Source: Oscillospiraceae bacterium (GTDB lineage: Bacteria; Bacillota; Clostridia; Oscillospirales; Ruminococcaceae). From it: 57,531 nt of DNA. Under the pieces are notes generated by a model, which was given only the letters and a program-made list of their open reading frames with translations, searched no databases and was not told the DNA's origin. Location: contig JAVVVT010000001.1 of NCBI GenBank assembly GCA_036652515.1, forward strand, positions 1-57,531. The letters run 5' to 3'. The translations under genes and the position numbers were made by a program. Of this stretch, positions 28,701-38,166 are shown one piece after another; within the stretch, counting starts at the first letter, position 1; each line of letters opens with the position of its first letter.

Positions 28701-29146
28701 GTGTATCCGTAGCTCATAGCCCTCTCGATTGCCTTTTCGTGGAGGAGGGCGCTCTGTGCCTCATCGCAGATAGAAAAATTCAGTGACAGGTCAAGCTGCT
28801 GAAAATTTTCTCTCACCAATTTTATGCAGAAAGCGTGAATTGTGGAGATATCCGCCTTTTGTAGGGCGATTTTTTGCTTTTTTATGAAATTATTTTGAGG
28901 GTTTTCTCTGATTTTTTGGGATATTCCCCTCTCAATCCTGTTTTTAAACTCCCTCGCCGAGGCGTTTGAAAAGGTGGCGATGAGCAATCTGTCGGCGGAT
29001 ATGGGATTGTCCTCGTCTAATAAAAGCCGGAGTGCTCGCTCCACTAAAACCGTGGTTTTTCCGCTTCCTGCGGCTGCGCTCAAAACCGTCAATCGGTCAG
29101 CGGGCATCATCGCCGCTTTTTGCTCCTTGGTCCAATTTGTAGCCAT
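25745..29146 (-). CDS. addA: ATP-dependent helicase/nuclease subunit A (AddA)
   Basis: 1133 aa. UvrD-type motifs AAAGSGKTT and DEFQDTS, and a C-terminal PD-(D/E)XK nuclease (VIDYKTD). Immediately downstream of addB. Confidence 0.92.
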   Translation of the reverse strand: MATNWTKEQKAAMMPADRLTVLSAAAGSGKTTVLVERALRLLLDEDNPISADRLLIATFSNASAREFKNRIERGISQKIRENPQNNFIKKQKIALQKADISTIHAFCIKLVRENFQQLDLSLNFSICDEAQSALLHEKAIERAMSYGYTLPNFKKLVSFYGRSSQDSEIRKFLLEMNYFFSALPEPLKRAEEMRENYDENLPLSKSPWIGEIIKGLEQKADYLVYLSERMTKLYEKADFSGYEDGIAKVVDLSIKIKVLTKGQLFDELYSICSGTALALGRAKPACEDSKIINEGIYKEYKAVLKEMENDIKFIVDGSFQEHMKGTKPYIDVLIDVYLYYQKCLAEVKKEKESYEFSDFEHFALKLLKNPDGSPTPLAIGLREHYEYIMEDEFQDTSYVQDAIFTMIARENQKNLYVVGDVKQSIYGFRKASPEIFLSKRQVGIEDKSLGNTIFLPHNFRSSPSVIRGVNYIFNRLMTTEVGGVDYAKDEYLKTLKTDDFKEIALKINIYQDNEAENVAKTISQMIKSGYQIEENGELRCVKNKDFCILMRNSKNFTRYKNALKQLGCEAFVKDDELILKKAEIQSLISILRVVSNPLQEVYLTAAMFGDIFSFSLDEILKIRTKDKSQSLYKALALSDEAKAKYMLGVLKDITWAADTFSADKLIDYICKKTGYYSRLAFSEDGGEKRENIRWFISFAKNYALTYQSSIQGFVRWIDMYLASGKGGSSDVQKPENAVSIMTMHTSKGLEYPICFVCGLATKFNTMDRSKHLMLDVELGIATYYNSRFGYNYSTIGIQALKRKKTREMANEEMRLLYVAFTRAKNLLVLSGEYNSSFTENTLKKLVAGTGETVNTCAIQRGNSPIRWVISAFASHPVLVDKFGFGTPDQDSARCGDIEFLSDETQADGAQNTVYQTPIEAEVSAIEEHFEYTYPKLAKTRLPIKLSVSEIAKTPPPLVLASPDFLRENKVTPAEKGSAMHRFVQHCDILLARANFDSELVRLENLGLVDSTLLDIQALKFFIESPVAVKILNGEKVFVEKDFLVPYNAGKAMGDSVYENDELLVQGVMDCVVVNGDDVLVIDYKTDRVQTMQQLKERYSAQLELYRYSAKQLFETDKVACLIYSFHLNDFMEF

Positions 29147-29148
29147 AA

Positions 29149-32100
29149 TCAGCCCTCCTCCCCATCTTTTTCTTTAAAATTATTCTTTTCAAAGCTGCGT
29201 TTTTTGTCTTTATTTTGGCAAATTGAGTTGAATTGGCACCAGTTGCAGGGCATATATCCATCTGAATTTTCTAAGGGATTGCTGTCAAACTCGCCCCCGT
29301 ACACCCCTTGCGCCATCTGTTTTATCTTCTCTTTTGCGTGCTGTAAAACCACCTGGAACACCTTTTCGCTCACCACCGTGCCACCCTGTGCCGCCGCAAT
29401 TTTTTCTTTGCCCTTTATCACCCCGAAACGCCCCTTGCCGTCGGCGTCAAAGGCGCCTGAAACCTCTTTATTGTTTATCGCCATACCGATTGCGGTGTAC
29501 AAATCCCCCTCATCGTCGAATTTATAGGCGGCATCTGAGGGCTGATACACCACTGCGCCTGCCGCTAAATTGTCTATATTCTTAAATTTTCCCTCCAAAA
29601 GTGCGCTCATATAGAGCAGTAATTGAGTGGAAAGTCCATTGTAAATATCATCTAAGGAGAACTTTTTTGCCCCTGTTTTATAGTCCACAATCCGCAAATA
29701 ATTTTTTTCTTCACCGGTGAAAAGGTCAACTCGGTCGCAAATTCCCACCACATTTACCCCTTTGCCCTGGTCGGTTTTTACACTTAGTGCCGGCACGCTG
29801 CCCCCTAAGCCGATTTTTTCTTCAAAGGCAATAGGGCGAAACAGGCTGTTGTTCTGCTCTAAGTGAATATATTGCAAAAGCTCACAGGCATTTTTGTGCA
29901 TATTGTCGTGCTGGGCGGTGAATTTTTCGTCCCGTGCGATTTCCGGCGGATAATTTTCCTTCACAAACTGCTCCACAGCCGCCGAAATATCCCCCTCAAT
30001 CTGTCCCCAGTCCGCCTTATAGTAGTCTGCCCCGTACTTTTCCATAACATTTTGGGCGACAAAATGCAGATAATCTCCGGCTATTCTCGCCGAAAATTCC
30101 ACCTTTTCTAGAGGCTTAATCCTCAAAACATTCTGGATAAAATACAAAAATTCGCACTGAAAATAGCTCTCTGCACCGGTGGGCGAGACGGTTATGCTCT
30201 GCCCCAAGCACTGTAAAAGGTAGTCTAAATCTTTTATGACAAACTCTCTTTTTTTCATCTGTGGAGAGGTGATTTTCAGCTCTTCCAACAGTTTTAAGGC
30301 GCTCTGACGGCTTTGGACTGTCACAATTTCGCTTAAATATTCTGTGAAAAATTCTTTTGTTATTGCGTATTCGCTTAAATCCGCCACCGCTGACGGCAGT
30401 TTTAAATCGGTGCGCAAGTTTTCAACTTCGGCGCTGAAAAGCTGTTTTGTGTCTAAGTTTTTTTGGGCGCAAGAGATGAAAAGCAAATCCTCCCCGGTGG
30501 TGAGCGCCTTATAAAAATACAGATTTTCAAAGCTGAAGAGATTTTCAAAACCCGTCTTTAAAGGGTAGTCATTTTCCTTTAAATAGTCTTTGTCCATTGC
30601 CGAGATAACCCCGTCATCTGAGATTATAGCCGGAAAAATATCCTGTGCCGCCCCTAATATAAACGCCGCCCTCACCTTTTCAAGCTTCATTCTCTTAGGG
30701 TCCGTGACCATTACGCAGTCCTGTGTCTGGGGGGCAAATCCGATTTTTTCACCGCTTACCATAAGCATAAACAGGGCGGAAATGTCCTTGGGAGAAAGTA
30801 TCTCCTCATTTATTATCTTGTACAATTCATCTATACAGCCGATGACTGTCTCCCACTGGCGAAAGAGTAGGTCCGCCGAGCTCTCGTCTGTCTTTTTTAT
30901 CCCTTCAATCGTCTGCAAAAGCTTTTCATCTGCCTTTAATTCTTTGGCATTTAAGTAGGCTAAAGTTAGTATTTCTCCCCCTTTACCCTCTTTTTTCTCG
31001 CTGGTGTTTTTAGAAAAAATCTTACATAATTCTTTTCTGACTGTGTTTAATTCTTTTAGCTCCGCCTGTTCTTTTTCTTGAGTTTTTGCCTTTAAGCCCA
31101 AGGGTGAGAGGGTGAAATCCACCGAAAAATCGAAGTTGTAATCCTGCCAAATATAAAGATAATTCTCTAATTTATCTATTATTTCATCATCAAAATAAGT
31201 GAGGTGAGTTTTTAATAGGGGCATTGCGGTGTCGGCATTAAGCCCCTTTGTCATCACTTCAAAAATGCTGTTAAAAAGCATCACGGGAGAGGAAGAGGAT
31301 ATTATTCGGTTTTGGTCTATGAAAAATGGGATTTTTGCCAAATGGAAGCTCTCTTGGATTTGATTTTCATATTTTTCTATCTGGGGACAGATTACCGCTA
31401 TGTCATTATATGTATAACCTTCCATTATAAGGGTATTTATTTTAGCACAGAGAAAAGCGACCTCTCTGTATTGATTTTCAAATTCAGTGACGAAAACAGC
31501 GTTTTTATCGCCCTGTATTTTTTCTGTACTGAGGCTGTCCCCCCCCAATAAAAAGTTGTCCACGTTTTTAAGGTGGGAGTTTTTAAATCTTTTGCTCTGC
31601 TTTAAAATCACCGGAGAAGCCACCTTGACCCCCACACTTTTTGCAATTGTCAAAAGGTGTTTTATGCTCTGCTGGGTGAAAGAAAAGTTACCCGTGCCCC
31701 CGGTCTCATCATAAACTGTGTCGGCGGTAAAAGTCACGCTCACGTCTGTGGCGTTTTGGAGCATATTTTTCAAGACCTCATACTGCCCGTGGCTGAAGCT
31801 CTCAAATCCGTCCACGAAAACGTGGGTATCATTTAGGTAATCAAGGGGCAAATTTTGCGCCAAGTCGGACAATAAATCCTCCCCATCACAAAATTTATCC
31901 ATCATCAAACCGCAATATTCTGCATATATCATTGAAATTTCTTTAAGCTTGGCATTTTTTTGCGGAGCCTTTTTTGCCAGTTGAAAAAGTGTTTCTCCGT
32001 CTAAACCACTGCGCTTAAAATCGTCAAAAGCGTTGCTCAATTGAAAGCTGAAAGCTAAATTTCCACTGCGCTTTGCGTAGGAGGAAGCCTGATTTTTAAC

Positions 32101-32394
32101 CCCGTCCACAGCTCTTTTTGCCATAACCGCCTTGCCTGCGGCAGAGATGAGTGTGCCTTTTAAATGTCTGTGATTGCTCTGCACATCACGCAAAAGCGAG
32201 GTGAAACTGAAAAGCCTCACCAGGTGAAGTTGAGTATTTTTTAAGGCTGAAAAAAGCTGTGCCTCCCCTGTCTTGCTGAATTGTTCAGGCACTAAGAGCA
32301 GACATTTTTCTCCCTTTGAAGCGAGAGCGATTATCTCGCTTATCACACGGGTGGTTTTGCCTGTTCCGGCAGTGCCTATCAAAAGTTTTAGCAT
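29149..32394 (-). CDS. addB: ATP-dependent helicase/nuclease subunit B (AddB)
   Basis: Start placed at ATG 32392-32394 (AAGGAGGT RBS; MLKLLIGTAGTGKTT Walker A). The C-terminus has the nuclease motif IVDYKTG and the Fe-S cysteines CNWCQFNSIC. Confidence 0.9.
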   Translation of the reverse strand: MLKLLIGTAGTGKTTRVISEIIALASKGEKCLLLVPEQFSKTGEAQLFSALKNTQLHLVRLFSFTSLLRDVQSNHRHLKGTLISAAGKAVMAKRAVDGVKNQASSYAKRSGNLAFSFQLSNAFDDFKRSGLDGETLFQLAKKAPQKNAKLKEISMIYAEYCGLMMDKFCDGEDLLSDLAQNLPLDYLNDTHVFVDGFESFSHGQYEVLKNMLQNATDVSVTFTADTVYDETGGTGNFSFTQQSIKHLLTIAKSVGVKVASPVILKQSKRFKNSHLKNVDNFLLGGDSLSTEKIQGDKNAVFVTEFENQYREVAFLCAKINTLIMEGYTYNDIAVICPQIEKYENQIQESFHLAKIPFFIDQNRIISSSSPVMLFNSIFEVMTKGLNADTAMPLLKTHLTYFDDEIIDKLENYLYIWQDYNFDFSVDFTLSPLGLKAKTQEKEQAELKELNTVRKELCKIFSKNTSEKKEGKGGEILTLAYLNAKELKADEKLLQTIEGIKKTDESSADLLFRQWETVIGCIDELYKIINEEILSPKDISALFMLMVSGEKIGFAPQTQDCVMVTDPKRMKLEKVRAAFILGAAQDIFPAIISDDGVISAMDKDYLKENDYPLKTGFENLFSFENLYFYKALTTGEDLLFISCAQKNLDTKQLFSAEVENLRTDLKLPSAVADLSEYAITKEFFTEYLSEIVTVQSRQSALKLLEELKITSPQMKKREFVIKDLDYLLQCLGQSITVSPTGAESYFQCEFLYFIQNVLRIKPLEKVEFSARIAGDYLHFVAQNVMEKYGADYYKADWGQIEGDISAAVEQFVKENYPPEIARDEKFTAQHDNMHKNACELLQYIHLEQNNSLFRPIAFEEKIGLGGSVPALSVKTDQGKGVNVVGICDRVDLFTGEEKNYLRIVDYKTGAKKFSLDDIYNGLSTQLLLYMSALLEGKFKNIDNLAAGAVVYQPSDAAYKFDDEGDLYTAIGMAINNKEVSGAFDADGKGRFGVIKGKEKIAAAQGGTVVSEKVFQVVLQHAKEKIKQMAQGVYGGEFDSNPLENSDGYMPCNWCQFNSICQNKDKKRSFEKNNFKEKDGEEG

Positions 32395-32644
32395 AGCTTT
32401 ACCTCCTTGGTTTCTGTCTTTTATCCGCCGTATTTGCCTATTTGCTTTATTAAATAATCCAGGGGCGAGTGTAATCCCATCACGGGTAAGATAACCACCT
32501 AGGGTTATTCTACCATATTTTTTGTCTTTTTTAAAGCGAAAACTGTGGCGGTATTGGTTATATTTTCCTGTTCTGTTTAAAAGCCCAAACACCGTGCATA
32601 ATAGCTTTAAAATCGGCTTAAAAATATGAAAAGGGGACTTTAAT

Positions 32645-32848
32645 ATGTTTTATACATTATGCTCTGTAATCTTGATTATAGGGGGCGTAAACTGGGGACT
32701 TATCGGAATTTTCGGCTTTGACTTGGTGGCTTTTTTGTTCGGGGGAAGCGCCGGCCTTATCTCAAGAATTGTCTACACGCTGGTGGGAATAAGCGCCCTG
32801 TGCTCAATCCCCGCACTGTTTATGAGCAAAGATAAGCCCGAAATGTAA
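32645..32848 (+). CDS. DUF378 family small membrane protein
   Basis: 67 aa with two TM helices. The GGVNWGLIGIFGFDLVAFLFG motif is characteristic of DUF378. Confidence 0.75.
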   Translation: MFYTLCSVILIIGGVNWGLIGIFGFDLVAFLFGGSAGLISRIVYTLVGISALCSIPALFMSKDKPEM

Positions 32849-32871
32849 CCTTACCGCCTATATATAAAGGG

Positions 32872-32920
32872 ACGAAGATGTGCATCTAAAATTATTTTTA
32901 GTGCGCATTTTCGTTATTTT
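32872..32920 (+). terminator. Candidate intrinsic terminator after the DUF378 gene
   Basis: ACGAAGATGTGCA...TGCGCATTTTCGT imperfect stem followed by TATTTT. Confidence 0.45.
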
Positions 32921-33104
32921 GCACAATTTTTTCAATAAAATGTGTCTAACTTATTTATCCAAAATCAACAAAATGTAAGAAAAGCAAATTTTTTCACCTA
33001 ATTTTTACACTAAAGGTGTTATATTATAAAAGAATAAATAAATATATGGGAACAAATATAGTTCTCAAATTCTTTGTTTTGATGAAAATTAAGTAGGTAA
33101 TGTG

Positions 33105-36038
33105 ATGAATATAAAAGTCGGAATTGACATCGGAAGCACAACGGTAAAGGTGGTTTTATTAGACCAGGAGAACAATGTTCTTCATCAGAGCTATGAGCGC
33201 CACTTTGCCAAGGTGCGTGAAAAAGCCACCGAGCAGCTGATGGCGGTGAGCGAGCTGTTAAAGGGCAATGATATAAAAGCCACAATTACAGGCAGCGCAG
33301 GGCTGGGGGTGGCAAAAGCGGCAGGAATACCCTTTGTACAGGAGGTTTACGCCACGGCGGCGGCTGTGAATACATATATCCCCGATGCCGATGCGGTCAT
33401 TGAATTAGGGGGAGAAGATGCCAAGATAATCTTTTTCAAGGGCAGTTTGGAGGAGAGAATGAACGGCAGCTGTGCAGGTGGCACAGGGGCTTTCATCGAC
33501 CAGATGGCGAGCTTGCTCAATGTAGATGTGCAAACTTTAGACCTTTTAAGCTTAAAGCACGAAAAAATCTATCCCATAGCCAGCCGCTGCGGAGTTTTTG
33601 CCAAGAGCGATATCCAGCCGATTTTAAATCAAGGGGGCAGGAAAGAGGACATAGCCGCCTCGATTTTTCAAGCGGTGGTGGACCAGACTATCTCAGGCTT
33701 GACCCAAGGCAGAGAGTTAGACGGCAAAATCGTCTTTTTAGGGGGTCCTCTCTACTTTTTAAAAGGGCTGAGGGAGAGGTTTATCCAAACTCTCAAGCTT
33801 GATGAAGAGCACGGGATTTTTCCTGACAACGCACAGGTTTTCGCCGCTTTAGGCGCCGCAATCTGCGCTGAGCAGTACCCCACCACCACCTATGAAGAGC
33901 TCCTTGAAAAATTGCAAAACAGCGTGAGCAACTATGTTATAACAAATCCAATGCCTCCCCTTTTTGAAAGCGAGGAGGAATATGAGCAGTTCTGCGCACG
34001 ACACGCAAAGGCGACCACTGACAAGGCGGACATATCCACCTATGAGGGCGATGCTTTTTTAGGCATAGATGCAGGAAGCACCACCACAAAGTTAGTCCTC
34101 ACGGCACAAAACGGGGGGATACTTTTCAGCTATTACAACTCAAACAAGGGCAACCCTGTTTTGATTGTAAAAGAGCAGCTTGAAAAAATTTACGCCCTCT
34201 GTGGCGATAAAATAAAAATCGTCGCCTCTGGGGTGACAGGATATGGAGAAGAGCTGATTAAAAACGCTTTTTGCGTGGATTTCGGCTTGGTTGAGACGAT
34301 TGCTCACCTTCGTGCGGCAAAGCATTTTCAGCCCGACGTAGACTTTATTATCGACATCGGCGGACAGGATATGAAGTGCTTTAAAATCCGTGGGGGAGCG
34401 GTGGACAGCATAATGCTGAACGAGGCTTGTTCCTCAGGTTGCGGCTCTTTTATTGAGACTTTCGCCAAGGCTTTGGGCTATGATATAGCCGATTTCGCAA
34501 AGTTAGGTATTTTTGATAAAACCCCCGTCAACTTAGGCAGCCGCTGCACCGTTTTTATGAACTCCAATGTTAAGCAAGCCCAAAAAGACGGGGCAAGCGT
34601 GGAGGACATCTCTGCTGGTCTGTCAATTTCAGTGGTAAAAAACGCCCTTTACAAGGTTATTCGTGCGGCAAATGCCGACGATTTAGGCAAGAATATAGTG
34701 GTGCAAGGGGGCACTTTCCTCAACGATGCCGTCCTTCGCAGTTTTGAGCAGGAGATTGGCAGACAGGTTGTCCGCCCCACTATCGCAGGGCTTATGGGCG
34801 CCTACGGGGCAGCCCTTTTCGCCCAGGACTCCCATATATCAAAGAGCAGTCTGCTCACTTTGGAGGGTTTAAAATCCTTTACCCACGGGGCAAAGCCCAC
34901 CACCTGCAACCTGTGTACAAACCATTGCTCCCTCACCGTGAACAATTTTGACGGAGGGAGAAAATTCATCTCAGGCAACCGTTGCTCAAGACCCTTAGGC
35001 AAGGAAAAATCAAACACTCCAAACCTGTATCAGTACAAATTGGAGCGCCTTAAATCTATGGAGGGCGTGGGGGTGGGAGACGGCAGCCGTGGAAAAATCG
35101 GTCTGCCTTTCGGGCTGAATATGTACGAAAATCTTCCCCTGTGGTATGAATTGTTCACAAGGCTGAATTTTCAGGTGGTGCTCTCCCCTGTGTCAGACCG
35201 TGGCACCTACTCCTTAGGCAATCGAACAATCCCATCAGACACTGTGTGCTACCCTGCAAAATTGATGCACGGGCATTTACAAGCGCTCATAAATATGGGG
35301 GTAGAAAACGTGTTTTATCCCTGTATGTCCTACAATTTTGACGAGGGCAAAGGGGACAATCATTACAACTGCCCTGTGGTGGCTTACTACCCTGAACTGC
35401 TGGCGGTGAACGTGCCTGACGCTGTAAAAATCAACTTTATGGACCCCTATGTGGGTCTGCATAAGCCTAAGGATTTTTCAAAACATATGGCGAATTACCT
35501 TCTTGAAAAGTTTAATATACCCAAAAAAGAGACGGTAAATGCCGTCAAACACGCCTTTACTGCCTATCACGCCTACAAGGACGAGATATGCGAAAAGTGC
35601 AAAGAATACATAGATTACGCCCGTTTAAACGGCAATAAAATAATCGTTATGGCTGGCAGACCCTACCACGTCGACCCCGAAATAAACCACGGAATAGACG
35701 AGTTGATAAGCTCTTTCGGGCTTGTGGTGGTCAGCGAGGACGGACTTTCGGGCATACTTGACAAAGAGGCACGCACGGTGCTAAATCAATGGACTTATCA
35801 ATCACGAATGTATCAAGCGGCAAGGTATGTATGTACCCAAAAAGATATGCAGCTCATTCAATTAGTCAGTTTTGGCTGCGGTATTGACGCCATAACCACC
35901 GACGAGCTGCGCAGTATTTTAGAAACACACGGCAAGCTATATACCCAGCTTAAAATCGACGATATCTCAAATTTGGGGGCTGTAAAAATCAGGATACGCA
36001 GCCTCATCGCCGCTATGCAAGCAAAGGAGGAAAAATAA
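33105..36038 (+). CDS. Double BadF/BadG/BcrA/BcrD-type ATPase (acyl-CoA dehydratase activase-related) with C-terminal DUF2229-like region
   Basis: Two ASKHA ATPase modules, each opening with a GIDIGSTT / GIDAGSTTTK phosphate-1 motif. A Cys cluster CNLCTNHCSL. About 977 aa. ATG at 33105 (GTG at 33102 is also possible). Confidence 0.8.
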   Translation: MNIKVGIDIGSTTVKVVLLDQENNVLHQSYERHFAKVREKATEQLMAVSELLKGNDIKATITGSAGLGVAKAAGIPFVQEVYATAAAVNTYIPDADAVIELGGEDAKIIFFKGSLEERMNGSCAGGTGAFIDQMASLLNVDVQTLDLLSLKHEKIYPIASRCGVFAKSDIQPILNQGGRKEDIAASIFQAVVDQTISGLTQGRELDGKIVFLGGPLYFLKGLRERFIQTLKLDEEHGIFPDNAQVFAALGAAICAEQYPTTTYEELLEKLQNSVSNYVITNPMPPLFESEEEYEQFCARHAKATTDKADISTYEGDAFLGIDAGSTTTKLVLTAQNGGILFSYYNSNKGNPVLIVKEQLEKIYALCGDKIKIVASGVTGYGEELIKNAFCVDFGLVETIAHLRAAKHFQPDVDFIIDIGGQDMKCFKIRGGAVDSIMLNEACSSGCGSFIETFAKALGYDIADFAKLGIFDKTPVNLGSRCTVFMNSNVKQAQKDGASVEDISAGLSISVVKNALYKVIRAANADDLGKNIVVQGGTFLNDAVLRSFEQEIGRQVVRPTIAGLMGAYGAALFAQDSHISKSSLLTLEGLKSFTHGAKPTTCNLCTNHCSLTVNNFDGGRKFISGNRCSRPLGKEKSNTPNLYQYKLERLKSMEGVGVGDGSRGKIGLPFGLNMYENLPLWYELFTRLNFQVVLSPVSDRGTYSLGNRTIPSDTVCYPAKLMHGHLQALINMGVENVFYPCMSYNFDEGKGDNHYNCPVVAYYPELLAVNVPDAVKINFMDPYVGLHKPKDFSKHMANYLLEKFNIPKKETVNAVKHAFTAYHAYKDEICEKCKEYIDYARLNGNKIIVMAGRPYHVDPEINHGIDELISSFGLVVVSEDGLSGILDKEARTVLNQWTYQSRMYQAARYVCTQKDMQLIQLVSFGCGIDAITTDELRSILETHGKLYTQLKIDDISNLGAVKIRIRSLIAAMQAKEEK

Positions 36039-37316
36039 ATGGCAGAGCTCACCTACGACGAAAACGGCCGTCTCCTCTTCACCAAAGAGATGAAAAAAGA
36101 ATACACCATACTCATTCCCCAGATGTTGCCCGTGCATTTCACTATGATGCGCAAAATTTTTGCCACCAAGGGTTACAACTGCGAGACCTTGGGGGGAGAC
36201 CAGCGTGAGATTGTGGACACAGGGCTGAAATACGTCCACAATGACACCTGCTACCCGGCGCTTTTGGTCATCGGACAGATGATAAACGCAATAAACAGCG
36301 GCAAGTATGACAAGGACAAGGTCGCCCTTTTCATCACCCAAACAGGGGGAGGGTGCCGTGCCTCAAACTACATTCACCTTCTGCGCAAGGCACTTAAAAA
36401 AGCGGGGCTGGAGCAGGTGCCGGTCATCTCCTTAAATGTTTCCGGACTTGAAAAAAACCCGGGTTTTAAGCTTACCTTAGACTTGATTGTAAAATTAGCT
36501 TTCGCTATGGTTTACGGGGATTTAATCGTCCTTTTGGCAAACCAAACCAGACCCTACGAGCTCACCAAAGGGGACACCGACGAGATGGTCAACAGGTGTA
36601 TGGAGTACCTTGTGAACCAGTTTACAAGTGGAATGAAATTGAGCCGAAACGATGTGCGCTCAAATATGGAGAAAATCTGCGGCGACTTTTCCACCATTCC
36701 CGTCAGTGAAAAAAACAAGGTGAGAGTGGGGGTTGTGGGGGAGATTTATGTGAAATATTCTCCTCTTGGCAACAACAATTTAGAGGACTTTTTGCTCAGT
36801 GAGGGGTGCGAAGCGGTGGTTCCCGGGCTTATGGACTTTATTATCTTCAAAATTTACAACCGTGATATCGACGTGGATTTATACGGTGGAAGTACGATGA
36901 AGCAAGTTTTATGCCGTGTTATGCAGCATTTTGTGGAAAAATATCAAAACGATATGATTTCAGTCATAAAAAAATACCCTACCTTTAGGGCGCCCGGCAC
37001 TTTCGAGCATTTAAAAAGCCTCGCTTTAAATTATGTGGGAGCGGGCAACAAGATGGGCGAGGGCTGGCTTTTGACAGGAGAAATGCTTGAGTTAATAAAC
37101 GACGGCGTCACCAATATCGTCTGCACACAGCCTTTCGGCTGCCTGCCAAACCATATTGTAGGCAAGGGTATGATGAGAAAAATCAAGGACGATTACCCAG
37201 GCAGCAACATCGTCGCCATTGACTATGACCCCGGCGCAACCAGAATAAATCAAGAGAACCGCATCAAGCTTATGCTGGCAAACAGCGACAAGATGAAAGC
37301 TTTTGTAAAGCAGTGA
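36039..37316 (+). CDS. 2-hydroxyacyl-CoA dehydratase-like (HgdB/D-component family) protein, partner of the upstream activase
   Basis: 425 aa. The start ATG directly abuts the upstream TAA. Conserved Cys-containing blocks (NDTCYPA, GGGCRASNY, QPFGCLPNH). Confidence 0.7.
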   Translation: MAELTYDENGRLLFTKEMKKEYTILIPQMLPVHFTMMRKIFATKGYNCETLGGDQREIVDTGLKYVHNDTCYPALLVIGQMINAINSGKYDKDKVALFITQTGGGCRASNYIHLLRKALKKAGLEQVPVISLNVSGLEKNPGFKLTLDLIVKLAFAMVYGDLIVLLANQTRPYELTKGDTDEMVNRCMEYLVNQFTSGMKLSRNDVRSNMEKICGDFSTIPVSEKNKVRVGVVGEIYVKYSPLGNNNLEDFLLSEGCEAVVPGLMDFIIFKIYNRDIDVDLYGGSTMKQVLCRVMQHFVEKYQNDMISVIKKYPTFRAPGTFEHLKSLALNYVGAGNKMGEGWLLTGEMLELINDGVTNIVCTQPFGCLPNHIVGKGMMRKIKDDYPGSNIVAIDYDPGATRINQENRIKLMLANSDKMKAFVKQ

Positions 37317-37395
37317 TTACAAGATTTTTGCAAAGAAATAGTTATAGGAATTTGCAAAATAATTAAACAGCTTTGTGTTATTAGACAATTAAATC
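37299..37395. repeat. Four decaying copies of about 24 bp of the 3' end of the 36039-37316 gene
   Basis: GCTTTTGTAAAGCAGTGATTACAA / GATTTTTGCAAAGAAATAGTTATAG / GAATTTGCAAAATAATTAAACAG / CTTTGTGTTATTAGACAATTAAATC. Confidence 0.55.
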
Positions 37396-37482
37396 TCCTT
37401 ATGTTGTTAAACGCTCAAGCTAATCTTTGTAAAACAATAACCCCACGTCTTTCTAAATAACTAAATAACTCAAAACACCAAA

Positions 37483-37516
37483 ACTGCGGCGGAATATTCT
37501 CCTCGCAGTTTTTTTG
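37483..37516 (+). terminator. Intrinsic terminator of the activase/dehydratase-like operon
   Basis: ACTGCG...CGCAGT stem followed by TTTTTTTG. Confidence 0.7.
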
Positions 37517-37518
37517 TA

Positions 37519-37553
37519 TAAAAAATCTGCCCACCGCAGAAAGCGAGGGCAGA
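37519..37553 (-). terminator. Intrinsic terminator of yqeY (convergent)
   Basis: Minus strand reads TCTGCCC...GGGCAGA followed by TTTTTTAT. Confidence 0.7.
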
Positions 37554-37567
37554 AAATTTCTATTGAT

Positions 37568-38017
37568 TTAAGCTTTAAAATAGGACGCCAATATTCCATT
37601 GACTAATTTGCCGTCGGCTTTGCCCTTGGTTATAGGCATAAGATTTTTCATTATAATGCCCTTTTCTTTGGCTGTGGGCTCGGTTAAATTAAGACTTAAC
37701 AAAACGCCGTCGATTGCTTTTCTAATCTCCTCTTCACTCATCTGTTCCGGCAAAAATTTTGACATAATGGCAATTTTGGTTTTGCAGTCCTCAATTACGT
37801 CCTCATAGCCCGAGGGAGCGGTTTCAATTGTTTCTTTAAGCTGTTTTACCTCGTGCGCCACCACGGCTATTGCATCTTCATCTGTGAAATTTTCACGTTT
37901 TTCTACCCACTCTTTTTTCATCGCTGCCAAAAGTGCCGACAGAGCGTCCTTGGTCTGTTTGTCCCCTGCTTTAAGCGCCGCCATCATCTCACTGCGCACT
38001 GTATCCATCATCGCCAT
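37568..38017 (-). CDS. yqeY: GatB/YqeY domain protein
   Basis: MAMMDTVRSEMMAALKAGDK start and a YqeY-like sequence throughout. Start placed at ATG 38015-38017 with GAGGA 7 nt upstream. Confidence 0.85.
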   Translation of the reverse strand: MAMMDTVRSEMMAALKAGDKQTKDALSALLAAMKKEWVEKRENFTDEDAIAVVAHEVKQLKETIETAPSGYEDVIEDCKTKIAIMSKFLPEQMSEEEIRKAIDGVLLSLNLTEPTAKEKGIIMKNLMPITKGKADGKLVNGILASYFKA

Positions 38018-38132
38018 ATTAAAATCCTCATTTCTTCCCTGTATCTGTGGTGAATTATTGCCCACAATAAGCAGAATTATTAGTTTTCTTTTATTTTACC
38101 GCTTTTTTATCAATCTTGCAACCTATAATACA

Positions 38133-38161
38133 TTGACATTTCAACAAATTTTTATTATAAT
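38133..38161 (+). promoter_or_regulatory. Consensus sigma-A promoter of the aspS leader
   Basis: TTGACA (38133-38138), exactly 17 nt of spacer, then TATAAT (38156-38161). Confidence 0.8.
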
Positions 38162-38166
38162 TCTTT

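Noticed and set aside
32395-32592. 66-codon N-terminal extension of addB in the ORF track
   Set aside because: The internal ATG at 32394 has a strong AAGGAGGT RBS and starts directly at the Walker A region, as in AddB orthologs. The extension is basic, low-complexity sequence. Similar trimming was applied to the LCP gene (2229-2303), plsX, yhbY, yqeY, ispE, the Lrp regulator, sufC and pncB.
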